Assembly (NCBI RefSeq): GCF_039654945.1
Contig: NW_027361684.1
Coordinates: forward strand, 16,740,001-16,804,000
Reading direction: 5' to 3'
Length of the DNA: 64,000 bases
From: Dendrobates tinctorius
Lineage: Eukaryota
Positions 24,392 through 37,703 of this stretch are shown piece after piece (positions within the stretch are counted from its first letter, which is position 1; each line of letters begins with the position of its first letter). The translations under genes were made by a program, and so were the position numbers. Below the pieces are notes generated by a model, which did no database searches, had not been told where the DNA came from, and saw only the letters and a list, made by a program, of their open reading frames with translations.

Positions 24392-25254
24392 GTTTTTACC
24401 TTTTATATTTAAAATTAAAAACCTTTTTTAGAAACCAATATAGCACAGGACATAATTTTCAGGAGCGCCAGCACCAGACTGGTTTTCTGCATCTTTTCAG
24501 TGTCTCCAGTATGTGAGGTGACAGTTTTCACACGCAAACCCATTTATATCTACGGCACTGCGCACATATCCGTGTGACCCACACGTGGACATATCAGATT
24601 TTTTTCCCAGTAGCACAGACCTCAATTCATCCCGCACACATATGACAGTGTGTCATTCATGTGCTGTCTGTGTGATACGTAGTGAAATAGAATGCAGAAT
24701 AGAAATGGCAGATATTTAGGTGTTAGATGTGCAAATATAGAGCTAGATAGATATCCATGAGATATATAATTAGTGTAGTCCGCCTGTATTTTACTGTACT
24801 TGTATGTAGGTAAAAATGAAATGAGAATTTAAAAAAAAAAAAAAAAAAAAAGGTGTGGTCCTCCTTATTTTTAATAACCAGCTAAGGGAAACCAGACAGC
24901 TGTTAATATCAGCTCACAGCTGTCTGCTTAGCATTTACTGATTAAAAAGGAGGAACCCTAAAAAATCAAGTGGGGTCACTCCTATTTGTAACCAGAAAAT
25001 GCTAAAAAGACAGCTGCAAGCTGATATTAATAGGCTGGGAAAGTGAATTGATATTGGCCCCTTCCAAGCCTAATAAATCCAGCCCTCAGCCACTTCAGAA
25101 ATGGCGTATCCTTAGGAAAGGTCATCAATGTCTGATTGGCCTGACCCCACTGATCAGCTGTTATAGGTGTCGACAGTCAACGGCCGGAAGTACTCACTGG
25201 CGGAGCTGGATGTCTTCTGGTAGTGGCCGCCACAGGATAGTACATATTCGCCTC

Positions 25255-25480
25255 TGCGATGGTGGGATATGGTATGTGGGTATCATTTAATTTGTATTAA
25301 TATTTTACTGATTTTCATGGTGTTCTCTTGTAGGATGAGTTATTTGCTAATTGATGAATGGCTGTTGTTGCCATCTGATATCAGCCCCCACAGTACTGTG
25401 TTGTTGTCTTCTCACAGGGTCATTGAATAAACCTGTTTGCTAATATGCTAATGACATATTGAACTAGGTTGTTGAAACAA
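25255..25480 (+). mobile_element. Partial LTR of the same family as 38136-38690
   Basis: tgcgatggtgggatatggtatgtgggtatc... is a near-identical reverse complement of ~38480-38690. Confidence 0.85.
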
Positions 25481-25592
25481 GGAGCCCCTGAGACCTTCAT
25501 CAAAGAGTAGTAGACAACCTCGTTAAAGTCAACAGATTAAGCAGAAGGAGAAACCACTGGGTATTACAGTGGCAGGGTTGTGAATGGAATAA

Positions 25593-26050
25593 AGGCCCTG
25601 TCACACATAGCGCTCTCGCTAGCGAGTCACAAGTTTTTTGACACAACAGCGATCTCACCAGCGAGATCACTGTGTGTGACAGCGATCAGCGACCGACCCC
25701 CCTGCCGGTATCACTGATCTCTGTAGGAAACTGCTGGACATTTCTTTTGTCGCTGGTCTCCCGCTGGCCAGCACACATGGCTGCGTGTGACAGGCGGAAG
25801 ACCAGCGATCTGCTGGTAACTAACGTACACATCGGGTATCTAAGGGACGCACGTCCCTTGGATACCCGATGTGTACGTTAGTTACCAGCTCCCTGCATCA
25901 GCGCGCTGGTAACTAATGAACACAGCGATGCCGTGTGCTCGGCGTCGCTGTGATGATCGCTGGTGAAGCTGTCTGACAGCTCACCAGCGATCCTGACACG
26001 TTGATATCGTTGTCGGGATCGCTGGTGAGTCGCTATGTGTGACTCCAGCT
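25593..26050. mobile_element. Palindromic MITE
   Basis: taa-aggccctgtcacacatagcg...gctatgtgtgactccagct-taa; closely related to 47435-47830. Confidence 0.82.
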
Positions 26051-27157
26051 TAAGAAATCTTGTGCACAGACTGTAAAGGATACCCAAGAGGAATAGAATG
26101 GCACTGTGGCCTGACATCTGCAGCAAATCCATTCATGCGGAGGACATTACCACAGATTTTAGTCATGTGCAATACATATAATCTCTATGCCTTTTTCATT
26201 TCTGCAAAAGTGAAAATGTCCTATGCAATCAAAGAGCCCCCAATGTTACTCTTCACATAAAGCAGTTACAATTAGTAGAACACGTGACAATAAGAAACCT
26301 TGTAGTACAGATTAAAAGAGGAAAGGAGCACCGACAGGAAGTTTCAGTTTCTTTATAAAAGACCATGAGTGTTTATTCAAACCTCAATATCACGACCTGA
26401 CTCCTGTGACATATTTGGCAATAAATATAATTAGAAACCGGCAATTCTCCCATCAGTCCCCAATTGACCCATGACCCAACGCCTCTTTCTTAAATACACA
26501 AAACACTAGCGACAATTTAAAAGGTCACATAACCGCAGTATAATTAAAGGGAATGTCACCAGTTTTGTCATATAACACAAACTATGACCTTATTCAGCGC
26601 CTGTGCTGCATTCCATAAATGATTATATAACCCCCTGTCAACCCCACAAAAATCTTTCTGGCGATGAACGTGGTTTTGGGAATCTTGATGTCTCCCCCCC
26701 AGCTGCTGCACGCTGTCCTCCTTCTTTAATGGAAGTGGATGACGCCTCGCACTATGAAGATGGCGTATGTGCACTTGTGTGGGCAGAGCAGAAAACATTA
26801 GAGCAAAGAATACTGTGCAAACGCAAGACTTCGCCCAGCAATGTGGATGACGTGAGGCATCATCTATGTCAATTAACGGAGGACAGAAAGAAGCAACCGG
26901 GGGTAGGGATGGAGAGGCACAAAACCACAACCATTGGAAGGACAGACCGGACTTCCAAACTTTCCATACAGCTCGGAAAAACTTAAGGGTTTTTTTTTTT
27001 TTTGGGGGGGGGGCGCCTTTTTAAAGGGGTTACTAAAGTTGATGTCCTCTCCAGGATAGGTAGAGGTTCATGCAGGGGCTACACCCAAGAATGGGACATC
27101 ACCACTTAACTAGACATTCATGTGCAATTAAAGGGGTTGTCCACTTTTGGTGACAAT

Positions 27158-27463
27158 TAGTGATGAGTGAACGTGCTCGGATAAGGTATTATCTGAGAAT
27201 GCTCAAGTGCTGAGTGTCTTGGGTGTGCTCTAAAAAAAGTTTGTGTCCATGTGGCTGCATGTCTTGCGGCTGTTAGACAGCTGCAACACATGCAAGGATT
27301 GCCTAATAAACAGGCAATCCGAGTATGTGTTGTGGCTATTCAACAGCCATGAGACCTGTAGCCGCGGGAACTTGAACATATTTTTCCATCACGCCGAAGA
27401 CAATCGGTTAGCACTCGAGCATGCTGAGATAACACCTTATGAGAGCACGCTCACTCATTACTA
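27158..27463. mobile_element. hAT-like MITE
   Basis: tagtgatgagtg...cactcattacta with near-perfect 8-bp TSD gtgacaat/gagacaat. Confidence 0.78.
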
Positions 27464-28164
27464 GAGACAATATTTTTAATTGGGGATAAAAATAGTTTCT
27501 GCAGCCGAGTTTCATTAAAAATGTTGCAGTACGCCATCTGTGTTGCACTATTACTGGCTGCAGAATCAGTCAATGGTGGTTTGCCTCATCACGTTTATTT
27601 TATAGGACGTGCTGGTGACATGATATTGTAAAGGTGTGACTGTTTCTTCTCATGCTTTTGTTAATGCAGCTCTCCAATTAACACAATGGCTATTGGAAGA
27701 AGAGCATGTGACCAAACCAGTCTCTCAGCCTCCTCCATTTGGAAAAAAAGATGCTTTACAATTGGAGGAGACTGGTGGACTAATATGGTTACGTGCTCTC
27801 CCACCAGCAGCCATTTTATGGACAGGAGATCTGTGCAGTCAGAGGAAAGCTGCACTAGCAAGAGAAGCAGGAGAATTTATACTGACGTAATAGTGAGTGC
27901 CACAAAGCCATGTCCCCAACACATCTGACAATATATGGATAAAATGTCCACACCTCTTTAAGGAAAATTCATGGATGTTTAATAGGAAGAGTGAAGCGAG
28001 CAGCAGAACCCCAATACTGACGATGGTTTATTGCCTCTCCGAACAAATGAATCAGCAATGAAAGTCAAAACACTTGATCCTTTATTACCCCAACATCGCA
28101 GGCCTCCACACACATTAAATGTTTGGTTGGACTCGCGCAAACCAGGGATTTGGGAAAACTTGCA

Positions 28165-29270
28165 CCGATCCCTCCGCACCCAACCCACAGGACGCCGATC
28201 CTGCCACCTCCGACCCCTCTGCGCCGGACCCACACGATGCCGATCCCTCCACCACCAAATCCCATGACGCCGATCCCTCCGCGCCTAACCCCACGACGCG
28301 GATCCCTCCACGCCCAACCCGCACGCCGCCGATCCCTCCACCACCAAACCCCACGACACCGATCCCTCTGCATCCGACCCGCATAACGCCGTGCCCGACG
28401 CAGATCCCTCCACGCCCAACACCTCGCACAATGCTGACCCCACGATGCGGATCCCTCCACGCTCGACCCGCACGACGCGGATCCCTCCACACCCAACACC
28501 TCACACAATGCCGATCCCTCCACCGCTGAACCCCACGACGCTGATCCCTCCGCGCCCAACACCTCGAACAATGCCGATCCCTCCACCTCAGACCCCTCCG
28601 CGTCCGACCCGCACGACGCCGATCCCCTCCGCGTCCGACCCGCACGACGCCGATCCCCTCCGCGTCCGACCCGCACGACGCCGATCCCCTCCGCGTCCGA
28701 CCCGCACGACGCCGATCCCCTCCGCGTCCGACCCGCACGACGCCGATCCCCTCCGCGTCCGACCCGCACGACGCCGATCCCCTCCGCGTCCGACCCGCAC
28801 GACGCCGATCCCCTCCGCGTCCGACCCGCACGACGCCGATCCCCTCCGCGTCCGACCCGCACGACGCCGATCCCCTCCGCGTCCGACCCGCACGACGCCG
28901 ATCCCCTCCGCGTCCGACCCGCACGACGCCGATCCCTCCGCGTCCGACCCGCACGACGCCGATCCCTCCGCGTCCGACCCGCACGACGCCGATCCCTCCG
29001 CGTCCGACCCGCACGACGCCGATCCCTCCGCGTCCGACCCGCACGACGCCGATCCCTCCGCGTCCGACCCGCACGACGCCGATCCCTCCGCGTCCGACCC
29101 GCACGACGCCGATCCCTCCGCGTCCGACCCGCACGACGCCGATCCCTCCGCGTCCGACCCGCACGACGCCGATCCCTCCGCGTCCGACCCGCACGACGCC
29201 GATCCCTCCACGCCCGATGCCGATCCCTCCACCGCCAAACCCCACAAGGCCGATCCCTCCACGCCCAACC
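28165..29270. repeat. CpG-rich 30/31-bp minisatellite in SUPT6H intron 1
   Basis: Unit ccgatccc(c)tccgcgtccgacccgcacgacg; homogeneous core 28593-29208 with degenerate flanks. Confidence 0.97.
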
Positions 29271-29612
29271 CCAACTCCTCTGCTCCCAACCTGCACAACA
29301 CCAATACCTCCACGCCCGACTCCAATCCCTCGGTGTTGGCAGGTAACCCCGCTGCAGGCACGTCCCAGACCACCACATTATTCCAGTATGGGGCGTATCA
29401 CACTTCTGCTACTGGAGAAAGTGCCTTAGATCCCAGAACGCCCCTTAAAGCCCATATATGACGCGTGAAGCAGGGGCCTCGTGTGTCCACTACAGCTGGG
29501 CACCCAACGATTCCGAGAGACCCAGCAGTGCGGCCTTGTACACAGGCCTCCTTGGTTCAGGCCTGAGGCGCAGCTGAACAGATAACACCTGGGGCCGATA
29601 GACGGGTCTCAC

Positions 29613-29750
29613 CTTGGCTGAGTCGCTCCTCTCCGAGCAGACGGACACTACGCCTCAGACTCGGTACCAGCGAGTAATGGAATCCCGACTGATCTCTACG
29701 CAAGCAATCGAGAGGAGAAAAAAACCCGAGCAGAGCAGCGTGACGTAACT
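29613..29750 (-). other. SUPT6H: Putative non-coding exon 1 of SUPT6H
   Basis: Strong donor AAG|gtgaga at 29613/29612 just beside the promoter motifs. The first coding exon has its own acceptor, so an upstream exon is required. Start site is approximate. Confidence 0.65.
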
Positions 29751-30012
29751 TCCGGTAGCTTTCCACACAGTGCGCATGCGTCCTAGCCTGGTCCGCCCAA
29801 TGGGCTGGCTAACGCGCATACCCAGCCTCTTTCCAAGTAACGTACACAACCTGCTGCGCAAGCGCAGGAATGGCGGTCACGGAATAGTGTATATTTATTT
29901 TGCCAGAAAATAAGATGGCTGACTGAGGCTTCCGGTTTCTTCTGTTACCAAGGGTGCATTTCCGGCGGAGCCCTCGGATGCTTCCGGTGTGTGCGGAGCC
30001 GGTGTGTGAGTG
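29735..30012. promoter_or_regulatory. Bidirectional CpG-island promoter shared by SUPT6H and SDF2
   Basis: TGACGTAA (CRE-like, 29741), CTTCCGG ETS/GABP sites (29749, 29929, 29981), TGCGCATGCG NRF1 (29771), CCAAT (29797), AAGATGGC YY1-like (29912). Confidence 0.8.
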
Positions 30013-30184
30013 ATGATGAAGGCTCAGGACGGGGCGGGCTCTCTCCTGCTCCTCTTCACGCCGCTGTTGTTTCCGTACGGCTCTGGCTCCGAGCTCTCCG
30101 TGGTGACGTGCGGCTCCGTGGTGAAGCTGCTGAACACCAAGCACAACGTCCGGCTGCACTCCCATGACGTCAGATACGGCTCAG
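30013..30184 (+). CDS. SDF2: Stromal cell-derived factor 2, exon 1 (signal peptide and start of MIR domain)
   Basis: MMKAQDGAGSLLLLFTPLLFPYGSGSELSVVTCGSVVKLLNTKHNVRLHSHDVRYGS-G|gtaacc. Confidence 0.95.
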
Positions 30185-30348
30185 GTAACCGGGGTCGTGG
30201 CAGAAACCGACATCATGGCGGATCCTGGGCGATGGCTGGGTGGTCCCTGCCGCGTGTCACTGTGCTTTAGGCCTGGAAGGGTCCTGCGCCATCAGATGGG
30301 GCACGTAGTGCTGTGCTGGCCTGGGCCATAGAGGCGTCTGTAATCACA

Positions 30349-31880
30349 GGACCCCCACAATGTGAGCGTATCTGTACATGTCCAGGAGGGATAATAGAAG
30401 ACCCCCACAATGTGAGCGTATCTGTACATGTCCAGGAGGGATAATAGAGGACCCCCACAATGTGAGCGTATCTGTACATGACCAGGAGGGATAATAGAGG
30501 ACCCCCACAATGTCAGCGTATATACATGACCAGGAGGGATAATAGAGGACCCCCACAATGTCAGCGTATATACATGACCAGGAGGGATAATAGAGGACCC
30601 CCACAATGTGAGCGTATCTGTACATGTCCAGGAGGGATAATAGAGGACCCCCACAATGTGAGCGTATCTGTACATGACCAGGAGGGATAATAGAGGACCC
30701 CCACAATGTCAGCGTATATACATGACCAGGAGGGATAATAGAGGACCCCCACAATGTGAGCGTATCTGTACATGACCAGGAGGGATAATAGAGGACCCCC
30801 ACAATGTCAGCGTATATACATGACCAGGAGGGATAATAGGGGACCCCCACAATGTCAGCGTATATACATGACCAGGAGGGATAATAGAGGACCCCCACAA
30901 TGTGAGCGTATCTGTACATGTCCAGGAGGGATAATAGAGGACCCCCACAATGTGAGCGTATCTGTACATGACCAGGAGGGATAATAGAGGACCCCCACAA
31001 TGTCAGCGTATATACATGACCAGGAGGGATAATAGAGGACCCCCACAATGTCAGCGTATATACATGACCAGGAGGGATAATAGAGGACCCTCACAATGTC
31101 AGCGTATATACATGACCAGGAGGGATAATAGCGGACCCCCACAATGTGAGCATATATACATGTCCAGGAGGGATAATAGAGGACCCCCACAATGTGAGCG
31201 TATATACATGTCCAGGAGGGATAATAGAGGACCCCCACAATGTCAGCGTATATACATGACCAGGAGGGATAATAGCGGACCCCCACAATGTGAGCGTATA
31301 TACATGTCCAGGAGGGATAATAGAGGACCCCCACAATGTCAGCGTATATACATGACCAGGAGGGATAATAGCGGACCCCCACAATGTCAGCGTATATACA
31401 TGTCCAGGAGGGATAATAGAGGACCCCCACAATTTCAGCGTATATACATGTCCAGGAGGGATAATAGAGGACCCCCACAATGTGAGCGTATATACATGAC
31501 CAGGAGGGATAATAGAGGACCCCCACAATGTGAGCGTATATACATGACCAGGATGGATAATAGAGGACCCCCACAATTTCAGCGTATATACATGTCCAGG
31601 AGTGATAATAGAGGACCCCCACAATGTGAGGGTATATACATGACCAGGAGGGATAATAGAGGACCCCCACAATGTCAGCATATATACATGTCCAGGAGTG
31701 ATAATAGAGGACCCCCACAATGTGAGCGTATATACATGTCCAGGAGTGATAATAGAGGACTCCCACAACGTCAGCGTATATACATGTCCAGGAGGGATAA
31801 TAGAGGACCCCCGCAATGTCAGCGTATATACATGTCCAGGAGGGATAATAGAGGACCCCCACAATGTCAGCATATCTATA
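30349..31880. repeat. 48/50-bp minisatellite (~31 units) in SDF2 intron 1
   Basis: acccccacaatgt(g/c)agcgtat(ctg/a)tacatg(t/a)ccaggagggataatagagg. Confidence 0.97.
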
Positions 31881-33899
31881 CATTCTTGGTAGCAATAATA
31901 GAGGAACTGTGCAATGTAGACGTAAAAGAAAAGATTTAGATTTCTTTTTTGTAATACAAGTATTTTCTAACACTCGTAGATACACATTGTGATGGGCGCA
32001 TATTCTCAGGAGGTGGGCGCTTGGCAATGAGGGAGGGATGTCCGGGTTTCTGTCCATCATAAGGATCTATTACAAAAAACTAAAAATGAAATGTTTCCTC
32101 TAAATAAGCGGCAAGCTGGCCCACAGATCACGCTTCTGGCCGCCTCCTTGTAAATGGGGGTCTATGGCAATGTTACGGTATATATCAGGAAAAACTCCCG
32201 ATGTGTGGAATTAGCTGGTAACATAGAAGAGGAACACATCGCACAGTGATGAAACCTCAGATCCACACCATCCACTCTCTGGTGAAAAGTGAAATACAAG
32301 CTGTTCTCGTATAACAGGAAATAGTTGAAGCTATTATTAGTTTAGTCATTCACATAAACTTTAATTTGTGGTTTATCACTTTGCACAAGACATTCACTTG
32401 CATAAGCAGGTGGCACAGCGGAAGTATCTGGCCCACTTAGGAGATACCGCTGCATCATAATTAATAAACATTGCTAAGTGCTTGTAAAAAAAAAAAAAAG
32501 CAAGCTTCCATTGTAGCGGTTACAATTTCTCTCTGTTCTCATGAATCATTAGTAACCTGTTTCCAAGGCAAGGAAGGCAGCACTTACAAGCTCTTTTCTC
32601 TTGCGTTTGCATGTATTGCTCTGGAGCGCACTGTTGGCACCTGGTCTCGGTCCTTGCTCTCCTCCAGTGCTGCGGAGGTAAAGCCGCCTCTGCTTGCAGC
32701 GTGGCACAGCACATATCAGCAGTGATCTCACATGGTCTAAACTGTCCATCAGGATTGCAGTGGCCAATGGGAGGCAGGGGAGTGGCGAGCTGAAGATGGA
32801 TAAATAAGGCTGCTTTCCATTAATTAGTAATGAACAATGTCTGTAGTAATTCCTATTTACTGTAATAGTTACCCTTGGTAAATTCTTTCTCCCCCAGCAA
32901 AACACTAGAAATCCTGACCATGCATCCACCCTACAGCTTGCGCCAGTTGGGAAAAAAAAAAGACCCCAAAAAATGAACACAAGTGGAGAAAATCACAAGA
33001 AATAAGTTTTATGTTTAGTATCTGTACTAGTGACTTAGGCTGGGTTTAGACCTGTCGACCGCGGCCATTTAAATGACAGCTGATATGCTATGTGTAAGCC
33101 GATTGCCGGTTTTGACAGGCTGATCTGATTTTAATGTGCACAGGATAGTCTTTAATAGATTGTGCAGTGCACGGACATTACCCCGTGTAACATGATATTC
33201 TATCACTTCTGCAGTGGGAAGGAAAAAATCCTGACTCCCTTCTTGCTTGTTTGTCAGGTCTTTGCTGGTCTGTTTAGACTGGCCTATAATCAGGGGTTGT
33301 CTAGTCTTAAGCTACTAGTTTGCAGTTAGAGTGGCGGCAGACCTGTGAATTGCGCACACTGTAAGGATTCTCCAGTGCATGCGCCTGTTTGGCCCCAATA
33401 AAATAATAAAGCCTACGGTCGCTTCCCGTGCTGGTGCCTGTGTCAGCCCTCGCGGTCCCGGGGCTCTAGTGCAGTTGTATGACACATGGAGCCCGAGACT
33501 GTCCGGATTGAAGAGGCAGTCTGGGCTGCAGCTGATCTCTGACTTCCTCTTCATGTTCAATCCGTACAAAGGTGGAGAGAGCAACCCCAGTGCTGATTGA
33601 GCGCCGGGCAACAAATGTCACAACACCGCACGAAACCCCCGGGACTGTGAGTGCAGTCTCCACTGAAATGGCGCCAGCACAGAAGGTGAGTATAGGTTTT
33701 TTATTTTATCTGGGCCAAACATTTTAGTTCAAGAAGGGGTTGTCGTAGTAGTGAACAACCCCCTTTAATACTAGACAACCACCCCCTCCATTGGTTGATT
33801 TGTGAGTAGTTATTTCAGCAGAATTTTGCAACTGTGCTGCCTCCGCCTTTATCATGGGGGGTCTGCTGCATCCTGCTAGTGCGTTGGTTTTCTGACTAA

Positions 33900-34764
33900 A
33901 GCCCCCGTCTCGCATAGCGAGATCGCTGAAGCGTCACCGATTTTGTGACGCAACAGCGACCTCGCCAGCGATCTCGCTACATGTGACACGCAGCGGCGAC
34001 CGGCCCCCCTGCTGGATATCGCTGATCGTGCTCGAATGTCGTGGGCCATTTTTTCGTCGGCGGCGTCCCACTGGCCAGCGCGCATCGCCGTATTTGACCC
34101 GACGAGCGACCTCGTTGGCGATGCAGAACTCAGGGACGCAGGCGTGAGTCGTTTAGAAAAGCTGCTGTGTGACAAGGTACCAACGACTGCTGAGGATCGC
34201 TGGATGGTTGCTGCATCGCTGAAGAGATCTGCCTGTTTGGCAGCTTACTGGCGACCATTTAGTGACACACAAGCGATCCTTACCAGGTCGTATCGTTGTC
34301 GGGATCATTGGTGCGTCGCTAAGTGAAACGGGACCCTTAAGGCCCTGTCAGACACAGCGAGATCGCTGATTTTGTGACGCCACAGCGATCTCGCTGTGTG
34401 TGACACGTATCAGCAACCAGCCCCCCCGCCGGACCTATCACTGATCATGCAGGAGTGTCCTGGGCCATTTTTTGATCGTTGGTCTCCCGCTGGCCAGCAC
34501 GCATTGCTGCATGTGACAGCGAGAGATCAACGATCAGCAACGCTGGGAGCTGGTATCCAAGGTAAACAGCAGGTAACTAAGAGCCGCGCGGCTCTTAGTT
34601 ACCCGCTGTTTACCATGGATACCAGCTTGCTCGCTGGTCCTGATCGCTGGTGAGTCTGTCTATGTGACAGCTCACCAGCAATCAGCTAACTATGTCCCAA
34701 TGATCCCATCCACGTCGGATCGTTGGTGCGATCGCTGGGACATTGAAGCGTGTAACGGGGCCCT
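33900..34764. mobile_element. Two adjacent palindromic MITEs joined at TTAA (~34338)
   Basis: agcccccgtctcgcatagcg...gtgaaacgggaccc-ttaa-ggccctgtcagacacagcg...gtgtaacggggccc-ttaa. Confidence 0.8.
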
Positions 34765-35403
34765 TAACGGGGGCTGCACATCTGGCTTTTACAGCCCATA
34801 TAGCTGGTCATGCTGGATGATGGACGGGTCTGGTTAGGGTTCAGCTTTACTTCATATCCGTCATATGCATCAGGCACGCTACTGGTGATTGTATCCATAG
34901 GTCTCCATGTAGCCTGCGTATGCCAAAAGATACTTTTTGGCATCTATGGATTCAGTTCTCTTTGACATGAAGACCCACCAATACCTTTATATTATTTTTT
35001 ACTAGAGAAGAAAGCGTAGTCAGCTGTGCAGAGGGAGTCGGTGGCTGATGTATGGCATCAGACGCGTCGGAGGTACACATCTGGGAGAGCTCCGTTGTCT
35101 CCTAAGTAAGCAAAAAGTGAAGCTTCGGCTCCAGGTGGTTTTTACAGCTTGCTGCAGTTGTGATGTTTCTATTTTGATGTCCATGTGGTCTCTAGTTCCA
35201 AAAAACACACAAATTTTAACAAGGATTTACAAACCGGTCTGATTTACAGCAAAACTGGGCACACACACAGCGCGGTTTGTGGCTGCACTTTGGCTGCTAT
35301 CTGTGGCTTTTTCATTTCAGCTGGACATAAATTTGCTGTGAAAGAAGGATCTGTGAGGACTGGACTCCAGCACCAATGAGAAAATATTAAAAGATATCTT
35401 TAA

Positions 35404-37011
35404 GGCTGGGTTCACACGTAGCGGAATTCCCATGGAAGTTACCGCAAGAATTCCGGAATTCAATTCCGCGGGAAAATCGCATTTTAAATTCCCGCGGAAA
35501 AACTAGCGTTTTGCAAGCGATCTGTAGCATCGCTTGGAGAACTGATTAACAGGTTGTTCACACTTCCAAACATAGTGTTTGACTAGTGTGACCAACTTTT
35601 TACTACTGAGGTTGCCTATGCGGCGTCAGAAGTAAAAAGCTCAAATGTTAAAAATAATGAAAAAAATAAATAAATTGTGTTATATTCACCTTCCGACGTC
35701 CCGCGCAGCGTCCCCAGGCCTCCGCGATGCTCCGGCAGGTCCCATTCCCAGTGATGCATTGTGGCAATGACCTTTGATGACGTCGCGGTCTCGCGAGATC
35801 GCTACAGCATCGCGAGACGCGACGTCGGCAAAGGTCATCGCAATGCATTACTGGGAACGGCTGTTCGGGACATCGAAAGGTGAATATAACCCAATTTTTT
35901 TATTTTAATTCTATTTTTTTTTATAGGGATATGGTACCGAGAGCCAGGAGGACAGTCTCCTCTCCTCCGGACCGTGGGTACCAACCGCACAGCCACATGC
36001 GGAAAGTAAGCAGAACAATGCATTCCTATGTGGGCGGGATCGCCGCGATTCCGCAAATTAATGAGCATGCTGTGGATTTTTCTGCGATGCGATTCCGCAG
36101 CGGGAAAATCCGCAGCATTAGCACAGCATTGCGGAATCCCATAGGATTGCATGGGATGCTGTTTTTTTGCGTTTTCGCGGGAAACTCGCATGGTAAAACC
36201 GTCACGAAAAAACCTGAACGTGTGAACGCAGCCTTAGGCTACTTTCAGACTAGCGTTATCAGGCGCAGTGCTCGGCCGCCGCTAAGCTCTGACCGCGCTT
36301 CCTCTGGTCAGCTCCTTCTATGGTCGCATGACGCTGCATGCGATCAGCGTATCCTATATTTAGCGTTTGGGTACGCTGGCTGTGTGCTAGTATATTTTTG
36401 CCGGCCCATGCGCCCTTTTTGCGCAAAAACATGCCAGGGTACCCAACGCTAAATATAGGGTACGCTGATCGCATGCAGCGTCATGCGACCATAGGAGGAG
36501 CTGACCAGAGGGGGCGCTGCCGGGGCGGAGCTTAGCGGCGGCTGAACGCTGCGCCTGGTAACGCTAGTCTGAAAGTAGCCTTAGGCTACTTTCACATTAG
36601 CGTTTTTTAGCTATGCGCTTTGTGCGCAATAGAAACGCATGCAAAAAACGCATCATGCGTTTTGTTTGCGGTTTTTAGGCGCATGCGTTTTAATCAGTTT
36701 CTAGCCATGTTAACTCTTAAAACGCATGTGATTTCAAATGCAGGCGTGCGCATGTCTATGCGCGTGCCTGCGTTCCCATAGACTGTAATGTGTTGTTTTG
36801 TCAAATTCCCTTGCGTTTTTTTTTTTTTACGCTGTTGAACGGACCCAAAAATGCAACAGGTTGCGTTAGGCGCACACTGCAAAAAACAAATGCGCACGAA
36901 AACACATACAAACGCGTGCAAACGCTAAACCATGCGCCCGCCAAGTGAAACATAGGGGCGCATGGACGCACACGATGCGCTGCGCTAAAAAACGCTAATG
37001 TGAAACCAACC
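35404..37011. mobile_element. Three different Harbinger-like MITEs in tandem (35404-36233, 36237-36580, 36584-37011)
   Basis: Each has its own GGCT-type TIR pair; units are separated by exactly TTA. Confidence 0.88.
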
Positions 37012-37703
37012 TTACTATGCAATTAAAAACATGGTGCAAAAAAGATTAAGGATCTATAAACTTGCGCATGTCGGATTAAGCACCCTTATTCATAGCTGAT
37101 TTCTCAGTAAGAGTGCATTCAGACAGCCATATTGTTTGTGTGTGGATCGCATCACAGTCCTCGGACTGGCCGTCGGCTCTCCTGACCAGAGTGTGACAGC
37201 ATGTATAAAAATACCTGCTGTCAAGCTCAGGTAGGAGGAGCCAACCGCCGGTCTGAGGACCGTGATGCAATCCCCGGGTAATGCAGCCGTCTGACTGCCC
37301 CCTTACAGGTATGTTCTACCATTTTCTCATTGGTGCTGGAGCCCAGTCCTGATGGACCCGTCTTCCAGTTCTGAGCTGGATACTATCCTGGTGTGCTCCT
37401 ACGCTCCCTGCACCACACCCCGACCAAACAATGTCTTCCATGGTTCCTTTGTGAATTCTAGTGGTTTCACACTGGATTGTCCTCCCTGGAAGGTGAGCTG
37501 ATTACCTTTTTTTCCCTTCCCTATATATTTACCATACAGTGGCTGCAACAGATGATGCATAAATAAGATGTGTTACATGTTGGGGCTGGGTCCATCACCG
37601 TGAGCGGCGCTCTTTGCGGTTCTCTATTTAGCCATTGCCTTTTATTCTATTTCTAAAAGCGTTTACCTGTCCAAAGTGATTGTTGATTTCCTCATTACCG
37701 CAG

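Larger units (their letters stand above)
18080..24500. mobile_element. Penelope-like retroelement relic with inverted arms: left arm 18080-19310 (minus); right arm 19395-19650, 23586-23870 and 24250-24500 (plus)
   Basis: GIY-YIG-type remnant SCDSDYVIYVVTSCCGLQYVG and C-terminal KKESFWVFRLQTLYPNSLN. 18080-18820 is mirrored by the split right arm. Confidence 0.85.

Noticed and set aside
28065-29461. Long ORFs on both strands (437, 393, 356 aa)
   Set aside because: They translate a stop-poor 30/31-bp minisatellite; open in several frames with no recognisable domain.
30267-32060. Repetitive ORFs and a superficially CRISPR-like array
   Set aside because: Contiguous 48/50-bp tandem units with no unique spacers, no cas genes, and a eukaryotic intron context.
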